Below are positions 49,850-61,327 of a stretch of DNA of 64,000 nt, one piece after another. The position numbers and the translations under genes are program-made. The DNA comes from Phyllosticta citribraziliensis. Its lineage: Eukaryota. The DNA is taken from contig NW_027117344.1 in NCBI RefSeq assembly GCF_038025025.1, positions 496,001 to 560,000 on the forward strand, given 5' to 3'. Position 1 is the first letter of the stretch. The number at the start of each line of letters is the position of its first letter. The notes under the pieces were generated by a model. The model saw only the letters and a program-made list of their open reading frames with translations, was not told where the DNA came from and made no database searches.

Positions 49850-51438
49850 AGGAAGGAAGGCAGCTAGAGGTCGGCAGGTAGAGTGGTAGCTAGCTAGCTG
49901 CCGGCAGACGAAATAGAGGATAAATGACAGGAGGCCGACGGATTGGCTGCGTGGGCTGGGCGGGAAGCCGGGGCTGCACTGGGTCGTCGTTGTGAGGACT
50001 CCGGCGCTAAGCTTTTAGTCGCAGCTAGTTCTTGGAGCTAATAGCAACGACGGTCCGCGTGGGCGCTGCACCGCACGCACTCTTCACCGCACGCTGCCTG
50101 CCCGTCTCGACCGGAAGCCTGCGTGCGCATGCAGTCTGTCTCTTGGTCCCTCGAACGGGCGCGACAACAGAGGCCGTGACGGCACGATGACGACGGGGAC
50201 ACGGGGGGACGGCATTTGCCTGTCTGCGATGCGACTACTGCTGGGGGGTGGGGTGGCGAGTCTACAACAAGTAGCGAGCTAGCCGGGTAGCCATGTCCAT
50301 GGTGTGGTGTGCAAACTGAGTCCACTGAGTGGCATTGTGTCCGCGCGCGCCGTCACCGCCCACTGCCTCGGTACGGTGTTCAGGGCGATATGCAAAGCAG
50401 AAGAAAAAGAAAATAAAATCACTGCTGCCGTGTGTTTGGCGCTGCGGCGGCGCCGCGCTGCCTTGTTTGCACCTTGTCGACCAACCGCGCTGCCTGACAA
50501 TTCTCCCGACCGTCTGGCTCTCCCTGGGCCTGGTCTGCAGGCCGTGGTGTGGGCAACACAAGTGGACGCTCAAGCGTCGGGAGCGCACGGAAGGTCGCCG
50601 TGTGGCCCCGACCAGCAGCAGGGCAAGGCAGGGCTGACGGCTTGCTGCCGCTGTCTGTCTGGCCTTGACAGGCCGGGGCCCTGAGCACAAAGCACGACTG
50701 GGGACGGATGATGATGGCTGCCGGGGTCATCAGAGGAAACGAGTCATCGCATCCACAGCGTCATCGTCACCATGGCTGCTAAGAGAACTGCGAGGCGCTG
50801 CGCCTCAGACAAGACGACCGGACATGTTGCTTCAGCCTCGTTTTAGTTTGCCCGCGCGTCTCGGGGGGGTTTGGATACGGCGCATGGCTCTGAAGGCTTG
50901 CTTTGGAATCAAAAAAAGAGTCAGAAAGGTAGCATGGGAGAAACCAATATCGTAAACCGGCACACTGTGGCGGATGGAGAATCATAGGTCGTGCTTGATA
51001 AATCATGCGTGCCTTGGACGACGACATAGTATTGGACGATCCGGAAAAGGGCCCTGAGCCGTGAGCGTTGCATCTCACGCAAGGCGCCATTATCCGCGTT
51101 GGTGGATGTAGGAACTCGCGCGTCGTGATTGGCGAAGCTGAGACGGGGTTCGCGGTGAGTAAGCCGAGCGGTGGGCAGATGATTGTCCATGCCTGAGCAA
51201 GATGCTTTTTCGTCTCCCCTCTCGACATGGGAAATAATCAGAGACACGGACATGTCAACAAATGACTCCCAAGGGTCAGGCACCGGTGACATACAAGCAG
51301 GCAGCGAGGCCATTTCATTCGCAACGTCTTGAATTCTTGGGGAGCAGCGACGCGTCGCCATGTCTGGGACGACGCGCACGCAGCCCATGCCATGCACGGC
51401 AGCAGCAGCAGTAGCAGCACAAGCGGCCGGCGGCATTT

Positions 51439-52829
51439 CTAATCGTTCATCCAGGCCGCCACTCGGTTGCCTCCAAAGCGCGCAGCGAAGCGCAGGCCGG
51501 AAGATCCCATCGGAAAATAGGAGACGAGATACCACAGCAGACAGATGAGCTGGGCGATTGACGAAATGAGGGTGAGAAAGGTCGAGTGTAGCTATAGCGC
51601 AATCACGCGCCCCAGACGTCAACACGAGCAATCGCATGCGGCGCCTAGCGTGGGGTGGTGGGAAGGAGGAGCAAGTGGTGGTGGCGCGACAGGGATGCAG
51701 CAGACGAGGACGAGGCTTGGTGATGGGAAGGGGATGCGAAAGCAAGTTTATCGATTGCAAGGATGACGGGACATGTCTACTCACCCCGAGCGAGAAGTAG
51801 AGCGTCAGCGCGATGGTGCCAAAGTAGGCGGCCGTAAAGGGCAGACGCGGGCCAGACACGAGATGCTGGACTGGATTCCAAAAGAGGATTGTCAGCTCGA
51901 GCAAAAGGGAACGGGGTGGAGCTTGGATTCATGCTCACCATACTGCTTTGGGCCCATCATGACGGCCCATGAGGCCAGGAAGAGGACGGAGCCCATGGTC
52001 CAGCTGAGGAGAGAAGAACGAGCGTTAGCGGGCGCGGATCCCTGCGTGGCTGCCAGCTGATGATTGGAACATGGGTAGAAGAGAAGTTGAGATTAGGTAG
52101 CGACATCTGCAGTGCACCGCAGGTAGCACCCGCATGATCGCTGGTGGGTGTGGGCCTTTGTCTCAGGAGGGGAACGTGGCTCAGGGCCGTCTTGATGTAG
52201 ACGACGTCGCCACGGCAGGCCGCCCGGCCTGTCAAAATGCATGAAAGCGGGTCGGGCGAGACGACATGGACATTTGGGAGGTGTGGTGGTGGTGCTTGTG
52301 GTAGCAGTCGTACCGGCACTTACAGAACGGCAAACTTTGTCGGCTTTAGCACAAAGATGCCCGTAGGCATTAGGGCAAAACAAGTGATGAACATGGCGGC
52401 GGCGGCCAGGTTGAGGCCGCCAAAGACGAGGAGCCTATCCCATCGGCTCACTGGAGCAGTCAGCCAGAGGCACGTCGAGTTGGCTGGCAGGGTGGTTTAG
52501 GTTGGACCCGCGCATGCAAGCGAGCGAGATGCGGAGCAGGGAAGGGAGCACGCAGGAACTACTGAGAGAAAGAGAGAGAAAGCAAGCAAGAAAGACTCAC
52601 GGGCAAACCAACCCTCCTCTTCCTCTCGTCTCGAAGGCGCAGGCAGGGGAGCGCCGGGGTTCTCGTGGGTGGGCAGCCTAACATAGCCGCCACCGTTGGC
52701 GAAAGGGTTCAGCGACTGGAGCCTGCCCAACATGGGGGTAGACTGGGAGGTGGTATTGACGGGCAGGTCAGGATCGCGCCGACTCCATCCCAAAGAGTTG
52801 ATCGAGTCGCGAAACGAGGCCGAGGCCAT
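51439..52829 (-). CDS. SFT2: SFT2/Got1-family tetraspan vesicle-transport protein, ~219 aa; exons 52829-52601, 52450-52324, 52003-51939, 51870-51785, 51591-51439
   Basis: EEEEGWFALSRWDRLLVF, KPTKFAVLWTMGS, MGPKQYVQHL.SGPRLPFTAAYF, LWYLVSYFPMG. Four GT-AG introns; 660 nt total in frame. Confidence 0.94.
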
Positions 52830-55432
52830 GACGGCGGTGTTGGAGGAGCAACGCCTGGGGAACCGGTGGATGGAGCACCGGGGCGGCAGAGGCTGGTGCT
52901 TGGCGCGCAGTGCTACTCGATCGGCGGCGCTCGTATAGGTGGTGATGGGGGACAGCGACGGCGGCGGCGGGCAAAAGGTGGGAGCAGAAGGCGGGCTAGC
53001 GCGTCGGGACGGCGGCGAATATTGCGGCGATTGCGTGCAGATGATTCGAGGTGGGTCTTAGACAGCGCAGGCTGGGGCTGGCAGAGAGGGCGACGTGTGA
53101 TGTGGAGGATGGTAGAGCAGGAAGAGGAGATGGATGGGAGGAATAGGTGGTTTGTTGACGAGAAGACGACGTCAGGAGCTAGCGCGACGCGGCGGAGACG
53201 AGAGGAGTGCCGGGGCCAGGAGCAGGGGCAGGAGCAGGACCAGGTCGGCGGCGGGAGAGGGGACGAGCGCAGCAGAGAGGTGTCGTATCTTGTTGATGGT
53301 GTAGTGTGGTGTGGGTGTGGTGTCGATGTCCGAGTCGGTGGTCGAGGAGTGTGAGGGAGGGAGAGAAATGCGCAAGGTAGGTAGGTACAGTAGGTACCTA
53401 CAGAGCTGGCGATCCTGGACGTGGTGTGGTGTGGTGTGGTGTGCCTGTCTCAGCATGTGTGGCGGTGGGGTGGGCACTGCGAGAACGAGGGCAGAGCGGA
53501 GGGCAACGAAGACTGAGACTGGAGCCAAACGTGACCCAAGGGTGTGGCTGTCAGGTTGCAAGACGCCCATATATTCCGCCATGGGCCCCGGCGAGGCGTT
53601 GGGGAAAAAGGGAAAGGAATTAATTCGTGCCTTGCCTTGCCTTTGCTCTATACTGCACTCTACACTCGCCCTCCAACCAATCCAATTCTGGCGCTCTCGG
53701 CGGCGTCGCCCATTTTCTGCCGAAGCCGGCACCAGCAATAATAAAGACCCAAGCCAGCCCAAGCAAAGCGGAGATCGTCCAAAGCACGCCCGGGGACCCC
53801 GCCATCATCCACCACTGCTTCTTCCTTCTCGTCGCTCCATCTCTCTCTCTCTCTCGCTCCTCTCCTCTCTCCTGCCTCAGCTCAACCACCGGAACTCCCT
53901 CCAAGTCCCCGCGCGACTCCAGGCCGCTGCAGGCCGAGCGCCAGTCATTCCAATCCAATCCCACCACGACGACCGTACCTCCCTCTCGTCGCCGCTCCCT
54001 TCCGACCGCTTCCCTCCCTCCCGCCCACCGCCACCCACCGCTTCTTCTCCCCCTCCGCCTCCGCTCGACTCCATCTCCCTCTTCGCCACCTCCACTCTCC
54101 ACCTCCCAAGGTCCACCTCAATTGCTACTGTACGTCCTCACCCACCCCATTGCCTCCCCACGCCTGCGTCTGGTCCACTCTCTTCGCTCCCCGCCCTCGC
54201 TCGCCGCCGCCCTTCAGCCTTAGCTTTGCGCTGCGCATGAGGTTAGACTCTTGTGCGACCTGCTTGCCTGCTGTTGTGCGAGCTCCTCCCCAGTCCAGAC
54301 GACGCCTGCCGCATTTCCCGCTGCTTTTCGCGCCCTTGAGCCATTGTCTCATTCGGTGCGCCGCGCGCCACCTCTCCATGTGCTTCTCTTGAGCGGCGGA
54401 CCGTTGCGACGCTGCCTCAGCACCGCGCACTCCAAAAAAAAAACCAAAAAACGCTAATCCTTCTGCTGTAACCCCAGACAAACAGATTCGGTCGCTCTCC
54501 GTCGACGACGTGTTTGTCGCCAACCGCCCTGTTCCTCCACATCGCCTCCCACCCTCCTCACCGCCCATCGACCGTTCCACACGGCTGACGGGCCCTCACC
54601 ACGTCGCCGACACGCCCGCTGTGAATTCGTCCACTCGATCCAGCCACATTACCAAGCACGCCCTCTTTGCAAAAAAAGGTACGACGACCACCAGGACTCG
54701 CCCAAATTCAGGCGTTCCGGGCCAAGGCATCTGGATGCCGGAGTGTGCCGCGACAACGTTCAAGCAATGCAAGGCTAATACTCTCATGCAGGCGTCGACG
54801 CACCCTCGTCCGTAAACTGGAAGCGCATGCAACCTCTGCCACTTTCTCACCCCCGATCATCCTCAACGCCTGTCCGGATTGCCTGATTCTCGCCTGCCAA
54901 AGCGCGAATCGCTTCCAGGACCATCAATTCAAGCAACAAGGGACCCCCTTGGCTCTTCCGTTGCCGTCTGCCTGCATAGAGGCCCTCTACGTCAGGCCTG
55001 CCCCCAGCAGCACTCCTCAGTCGAGCACATACCACTCGCGTAACCATCGACACGAGCCGACTCAGTGATGATTATAGGTTAGTGTCCATCTGTCATTTCC
55101 GTCGTTGCGGCTCTCTGGGGGGCGTTGCTTCTTCACATGCGGTCGTGGCTCGGTGCCATGCGGTCGACGTCCGTGCCTGCAGCTGCCCTTGTGAGGGTCA
55201 GTTCAAGGCTAAGCGCGGCTGTTGCGGGGCTCCTTCCATGATGCGCGCACTGCTCGCTCCCAATGCGCACAGGCGACGACTTGGTTTGACTCTTGGCTAT
55301 AAGTTGGACCCGCTGACTCCTTCACCAGCCGACACCAAGATCACCCACTTTCCATCCTTCGGCAGCTACAACAAACCAGCACCCGGAAAACAAGGATTCC
55401 GCGACACTGCAGATCGACCTTTTGCCTCGAAC

Positions 55433-57001
55433 ATGGCCAACACCGGCTCGCCGGACACATACATCAAAGAGGAAGAGCAGCACTTCAATCCAAACCAATT
55501 CAACAACAGCGACTTCGACATGTCGCAGCACTTTCCCAACTCAGGGCAGCAGTTCGGCGTCAACCCGACCGAGCTGACCATGGGCACAAATTTCATCATG
55601 AACAATGGCTACGGCTCCACCAACATGTCGTCCAGTATCCTGGGCAACTCCAACATTGCCGACGACGAGCTCGCCGACCTGGTGGGCGACCAACCAAACC
55701 AACACGGCGGCTTCCAGAACTTTGGTGAGAATAGGGACCAGCAAAACCGCCCCGGTTTCTTCCAGAACCCACCTAGCAGCGGCTCCATGGCCGTCAACAC
55801 TCAGAATATGAACATGTACTCGCATACACCCGAAGGCGCACCGATCCAGAGCCCATTCGTCGAGGGCGGAAACTTCCACTATGGAAGCCACTTCCCCAAC
55901 ATGCAGCGGGTCGGAAGCGTTCCCAATAACTCGTTTCACATGAACGCGAGGCAACCGTCGAGAATCGGCCTCGACCGCACAATGTCAGACTCGCGCAGCC
56001 CGATGACTCCCAAGACTCCGGCCCTCGGCGGTCTTCACCTCAACACTCCGGACTCGGGAAGTTTTCCTCAGCCCATCCACAACCCGAACCGACCTGGACA
56101 TGGCCACCACAAGAGCATGTCTTCGAGCAACTGGGACAACACGCCTGGCAGCGGAGGATCCTGGATCGACTCGCCCATTGCTTCGCCTCACCAAGTCTCC
56201 ATGCACCCCCAGATCGATCACGTCTTGAGCACCGGCAAACACGGTGCCTCGCTACCTGCCAAGGTCGAGAATGCTGGCCCAGGCTACCAGACGCAAGAGG
56301 CAAAACGACGTCGGCGCCGCGAATCGCACAACATGGTGGAGCGTCGTCGGCGAGACAACATCAACGAGCGCATCCAGGACCTATCCAAGCTGGTACCGCA
56401 GCACCGCCTCGAAGACGAGAAGATCCGCAAGCACATCCACAACAACGGGCCTCTGTCCCCCACCCTTGCAGCTAGCGGCATCTCACCGCCGCAAGCCACG
56501 TCGTTGCTGGCAGGACCCAACGGCAGGCGCGCTGCGGGCAACATAACCACCGGACTGCCGCTCGATGAAAAGGACAAGGGACCCAACAAGGGTGACATCC
56601 TGAACGGATCAGTCAGCTGGACGCGCGACTTGATGTGGATGCTGTACATGCAGCTCAGGCGCGAGTCGGAGTGCCACGCAATCATCCGCCAACTCGGAGG
56701 AGAAGTCCCGTATGAAACGTGCGAAGAGGAGATTCGCATGCGAACTGAGCTCATCGATGCCGTCGAAAAGAATGGGACGGACAGCTTCCGCTACTCGCGT
56801 GGCCCGGGCAGTGGTCTGAGGGTTCCCAAACACACCAACATTGCCGGAGAGCCTCTGCAGAACCCGATCTCGCCGCAAAGCCTCAGCCCCGCCATGCAAG
56901 ACGCCGGCAGTGGCAACGTGTCAGGTGGTGCAGGGCAGCACCAATACTGGAACAATCAGACTCCCTTCAAGGAGGAAGACGAATTTGGCATGGAGCTTTG
57001 A
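55433..57001 (+). CDS. bHLH transcription factor, RTG3/MiT-TFE-like, ~522 aa (possible N-terminal extension from ATG 55068)
   Basis: Basic region KRRRRRESHNMVERRRRDNINERIQDLSKLVP, long loop, helix 2 PNKGDILNGSVSW; Asn/Gln/Ser-rich N-terminus; good start context AACATGG. Confidence 0.92.
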   Translation: MANTGSPDTYIKEEEQHFNPNQFNNSDFDMSQHFPNSGQQFGVNPTELTMGTNFIMNNGYGSTNMSSSILGNSNIADDELADLVGDQPNQHGGFQNFGENRDQQNRPGFFQNPPSSGSMAVNTQNMNMYSHTPEGAPIQSPFVEGGNFHYGSHFPNMQRVGSVPNNSFHMNARQPSRIGLDRTMSDSRSPMTPKTPALGGLHLNTPDSGSFPQPIHNPNRPGHGHHKSMSSSNWDNTPGSGGSWIDSPIASPHQVSMHPQIDHVLSTGKHGASLPAKVENAGPGYQTQEAKRRRRRESHNMVERRRRDNINERIQDLSKLVPQHRLEDEKIRKHIHNNGPLSPTLAASGISPPQATSLLAGPNGRRAAGNITTGLPLDEKDKGPNKGDILNGSVSWTRDLMWMLYMQLRRESECHAIIRQLGGEVPYETCEEEIRMRTELIDAVEKNGTDSFRYSRGPGSGLRVPKHTNIAGEPLQNPISPQSLSPAMQDAGSGNVSGGAGQHQYWNNQTPFKEEDEFGMEL

Positions 57002-57828
57002 GAAGCTCCGCGCCAGTCACCTTCAGCTGCTGATTCGTTTGAGTGCGCGCCAGAACTGCAGAATTTGAGATACCCACACTACACTGACACCGCATCTGTT
57101 CGAGCGTGCTGCGTCTCTTGGCGGCAGAACCGGTAGAGATGCCTCAAGTCTCCTTTACTCCTGAATGGACAGGCCAGGTTGGCGTTTCACGGTTTCCCCG
57201 GTCGACTCCTGCTGGCTGCTGCCCTCTCCTTCGCTTCTCTGTCCCAATATTCCCATTTAACAGGAGTTCTGACGGGCATATGTACGGCATCCAAACGGCT
57301 TGGCCGGAGTTCCTCTTTGCTGCTGGCTTTTCAAGTACTACTGATTCGGGGCGGATTCGAGTCGATTGATGATATCCTCCGTGTGGCTTTTCCCAATTTT
57401 TTCCCTACTCCGTACCTCCCGATCTTGACTTCCTCCCCCTGGTTTTCAGCCCCCCTTGCATATTCAATCTGGATTTCTCTCCCGAGGTACGACGACTCTA
57501 CTCATCTTCCTCATTTTGTTTCGAGCAATTGCTTTCACACACCACTCACGACGCGGTCCAGTCTCTGGATGTATGGCTTTTTCCCCTGCTTTCATAGAGC
57601 GAGCAAAGAAAGAGTCATGGATTTAGACGATTGGCCGCAGGGCACGAACGACATTCGGGACAACTCTGGGAACAATTCTATTTGCTTTTTCTTTTTCCCT
57701 CAGCTTTGTTCTTCTGCAAAACCACCACCATCGACTTTTTGCTCTTTTTATACAATGCCAGGGAGATTGGGTTCTGTGTGTTGTTGTCCTCTTTCGGGAA
57801 CCTACCTACCTACCTGATCTGATGGCCT

Positions 57829-57862
57829 GCCTGCGTGCGTGCCTGCGTGCGTGCCTGCGTGC
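57829..57862. repeat. ~3 copies of the 12-bp unit GCCTGCGTGCGT in the bHLH 3' region
   Basis: Read directly from the sequence. Confidence 0.8.
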
Positions 57863-58586
57863 TTGCTTTTTGGGTTTTGTCTTCTTTCTTGCGTGTCATT
57901 TTGCGTGCCTCCTTGCCTTTCTTTCTGCGTTGGTGCGATGCGATGGCTACTACGGTACTCACTCTGCTGCGATTGCGACTGCGACTGCTTTTTGGTTTCT
58001 ATGGTTCGGTTTTTGGTGGTGGTGGTTGCTGGCTAGCTAGGTAATATCGTGATATACACACTCTTCACACTCTTCACACGACTCGACTTCGATTTGGTGC
58101 ATGGCTATCCCTCTCTCCAACGTGCGTAGTGTTTGCTCGTGTCACTGATGGCTGTGAGGTGTGACGGTCGCCCGCCTCTGCTGTGTTAGCTATTGGAAGG
58201 TATGAGGTGGTCGCTGGAAAGGTGCTCGAGACTGCAAGTCACATGTGAGCGGCGGCAGGGTGAGCAGCGACAAGGCGGGTAATGTAGCTATGCCTCCATC
58301 TCCACTCCACCTCTACCGTGTCTTTCCCCTTCTTCTACCCCTTTTTCCTGGCCGGGCATCTGGCTTGACAGGCAAGATTAGTTGCTTGAATACAGCTTCC
58401 GGTAGGATAGGAGGGAATGCCGTGTGCGGTGGAAAGGGGGCGTGAATGAAGCGTGAGGGGGTTGACATGCATGTATCAAGCAGGACAGCCAGCCAGCCAG
58501 CCAGTCAGCCAGTCAGTCAGTAGTCAGTAGTCAGTTGATTCGATATCTATCCATTTGTCGTTGTTGTTCTTGCAGTTGTGGTCCTG

Positions 58587-58610
58587 GCTGCTGCTGCTGC
58601 TGCTGCTGCT
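58587..58610. repeat. (GCT)8 microsatellite
   Basis: Read directly from the sequence. Confidence 0.9.
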
Positions 58611-59115
58611 GCATCATACGCATCCAGTCACGTCATCCCCGTAGTCTTTCAATGTCCTGTAGATCAACGTTTCCGCATTTCTACCTCTCTACTGGTACCT
58701 CTCTGTCCGCCTGTCTGTCTGTCTATCTGCCAACGGCTACCGCCGCGCTCTCTCCTCTCCTGCTCTCCCTCCCGCCATCCCCCACTGACCTAGTTATCTA
58801 TCTCCAACAGCCAACCCGCACGCATCATCCATCCACCAAGCAGACAGACCCAGCACACCGGGCAGCGCCACACCACCACCACCATGCCCATGCCCATCCC
58901 TTCCCACACACACACACACCACACCACACAAACTACACCGCCCACTCGCCCACCAAAACAGCTTCTCTCAGCGTCATCGTCACCGTCACCGAACGTCCAG
59001 GCCCGGACCAGACCACATACCACAGCGTCGTCGTCCACCCTGTCCACCCCCGGCCGGCGCTGGCCCTGGCGCTTACCCAGGGGAACGAGGCATGAGGTAT
59101 GCAAGATAGACAAAC

Positions 59116-59116
<1 letters not shown>

Positions 59117-59146
<30 letters not shown>
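59117..59146. repeat. (GT)15 microsatellite
   Basis: Read directly from the sequence. Confidence 0.92.
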
Positions 59147-59151
<5 letters not shown>

Positions 59152-59380
59152 GCCGGCATATGCCGCTGCCACCGCTTGGGTTACCTATCTATCTGTCTAT
59201 CTATCTGTGTACATGAGCTAGATAGATGGTGGAGGCGGGCCAGATAGGCAGGTACCGTGCGCTGCGCTGCGCTGCGCTACGCTACGCTCGAAGCCTCCCG
59301 TCCATCCGTCGTCCATCTGTCCGTCTATCCGCGCGTTGACTGGTGTGTTGGTGTGTTGATCGTGATGGACTGGTCACCAA

Positions 59381-59427
59381 GACGACGACGACGACGACGG
59401 TCAGTCAGTCAGTCAGTCAGTCAGTCA
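59381..59427. repeat. Compound microsatellite (GAC)6-(GTCA)7
   Basis: Read directly from the sequence. Confidence 0.9.
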
Positions 59428-60619
59428 GTTGGCAGAGGTCACGGCCACCATCACAACCACCATGGTCCGTCGCCGCCGCTGATGACCACCCACCCTGCCT
59501 TGGCTGGTCTGGGCGATTCAGCGCAATCAGGTTGGCGGGAGACGCGAATGAATGGACATACGGAGGCGGCGGCTGCTGCTGCTGCTGCTGCTTCAGACGC
59601 TCGCTGGAGAAAGTTCCCAGTTTGTGTGCAAAAGGGGAGATGGCCGCGGCCGCGGCCGTGGCCGCCCAAGCCAGACGGCCAGCCAAACACCAGCAGCAGC
59701 GCAGCAAATGGAGTCAAGATGGACGACGAACGACGGGACGGACAGACCTTGGAGGGAAAGGCTCTCGTCCCTTGCATGCATGCCTGGCAGCCAGCGCAGC
59801 GCAGCAGCGCCGTGCCGTGCCGTTCCGCGCCGCCGGAAGCGCGCGGGCGGTCAGGTCGACAGACAGCTGATCGGTGACTGAACTGCGCGCTGGCTGGCTG
59901 GCTGGCTACCTGGGTACATACATTACGCAGGAACGGCGAACAGACGGGCGGGTGCGAAGGTATGTATGTGGGTGGGTGCTGCTTCGGATCGTGCCGAGGG
60001 AGGGATGGATGGGAAAAGTTTGGGTGAGGTGGCTGCTGCGCATACATGCGTGGGCTGATTGGTTGGCTGGCTGGACCGCTGGTACGTAGGTAGGTAGATA
60101 GTTGGGTAGGAGGGTGAGGGTGTGCAGGGTTCGTTGCGCAAGGAGAGAACGGCACCCGCGATCAACGGCTGCCGAGAGAGCGTTGAGGGACGTGGGTGCT
60201 CTGGAGACAGTCGACGTGGTGGCTGGCTGGCTAGCTGCTAGCTGGTTGGACGTGCGGGTTGGACGGATGGATGATGGGTGTTGAGGCGGTGCAAGGTGGG
60301 TGGTGCGGTGACGTGGACGCAACAACGGGCGGGACAGGAGAGGAGGGAGAAGAAGCGGAGCGCAGGAGGGGGGAACGGCGGGTACGACATTTATTTTGTT
60401 CCAAGGGTAATCGGACGATGCGTTGGCTGGTATCTTGGATGCCCTGAGGCGGTGCTGTGCGCTCATCTGTGTCCACCCCTTGCTTTGCTTGCCGCTTGCC
60501 GAAGGAGTACGTTGAAAGGGACACGGAGCCGCGGGACTGGTTTGGTGGAGGGGAGATCGGCGGCGCATCTCTGGACCGGTGCGAGGGTGCGTCTTGCGGC
60601 GAGCGGACTGGCTGCTTGC

Positions 60620-61327
60620 TTATGCCTTCTTGGGCTCTAGAGATTCGGTGGCAGCGGAGGCAGCGCCGTTCGTCTTCTTGTCCTCCCCGAATCCAAGGTT
60701 TTTCATCTCGTCAGGAGCCATCAGGTTGCTAGAGAGTTTGTTATCAGTCCTCATGTCCTTTCAAGGGGCGCCCCATTTGCGGGGTTTGCCGTCTCATAGA
60801 TTGCGGTTGTGGTGTTGAGAATGGGGGCCGGATGACTTGCGTCATACCGTTTGGCCGGGTATGTCTTGCAATTGCGGCGACGGTGGTGGAGGACATTTGC
60901 GCGCTTCGACAGGGGGCAATCGAGAGGGCGTGACTCACTGGTCCATGCGGCACTGGAGGTATGACTTTGCCAGCAGCCGGCATTCTTGGTCGTTGGTGCC
61001 TCTGTGGGTCTTCAAACAGCGCATGTACTGGCCCATGACGGCCTTGCATTCGCCTGGCGTGACGGCCTGTCAGTCTGGTGCCTTCTCTGCACATCTTGTC
61101 TCCATGTCGAACAATGGCAATAGTCGGGTCTGAGATGGGTTCTACGGGGGAAGGGGAGGTCGAGTTTGTGCGGCGTACCAAAGTGGTCGAGAGGGAAAGA
61201 TCCGCGTTCCGGCCTGAGATTCTCTCTGTTCAGCTCGCCACTCTTTGCGCCTGCGCCTGGGCGGGGATACTCACGGGATGGGCTTTTGGATCTTGACACC
61301 GCCCCCGGGGGCGCCGAAGGAACTCAT
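60620..61327 (-). CDS. COX19: Cytochrome c oxidase assembly factor Cox19 (twin CX9C), 103 aa; exons 61327-61275, 61213-61179, 61053-60939, 60728-60620
   Basis: Spliced product MSSFGAPGGGVKIQKPIPPERGSFPLDHFGECKAVMGQYMRCLKTHRGTNDQECRLLAKSYLQCRMDHNLMAPDEMKNLGF... Donors GTGAGT, GTACGC, GTGAGT; YAG acceptors; 312 nt in frame. Confidence 0.96.

Noticed and set aside
50921..51904. 327-aa minus-strand ORF
   Set aside because: It is SFT2 exon 4 read through the flanking introns and 3' UTR.
53311..54240. 309-aa ORF between SFT2 and the bHLH gene
   Set aside because: Low-complexity translation of GA/CT-rich promoter and leader DNA; non-ATG start; no motifs.
55082..55328. Cys-rich N-terminus of the 639-aa bHLH ORF
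   Set aside because: It lies inside a well-formed intron (55078-55328) and starts at GTG.
58480..60300. CRISPR-like or transposon-derived repeats
   Set aside because: Only short tandem microsatellites; no repeat-spacer periodicity, terminal repeats or transposase/RT ORFs were seen here or elsewhere in the window.
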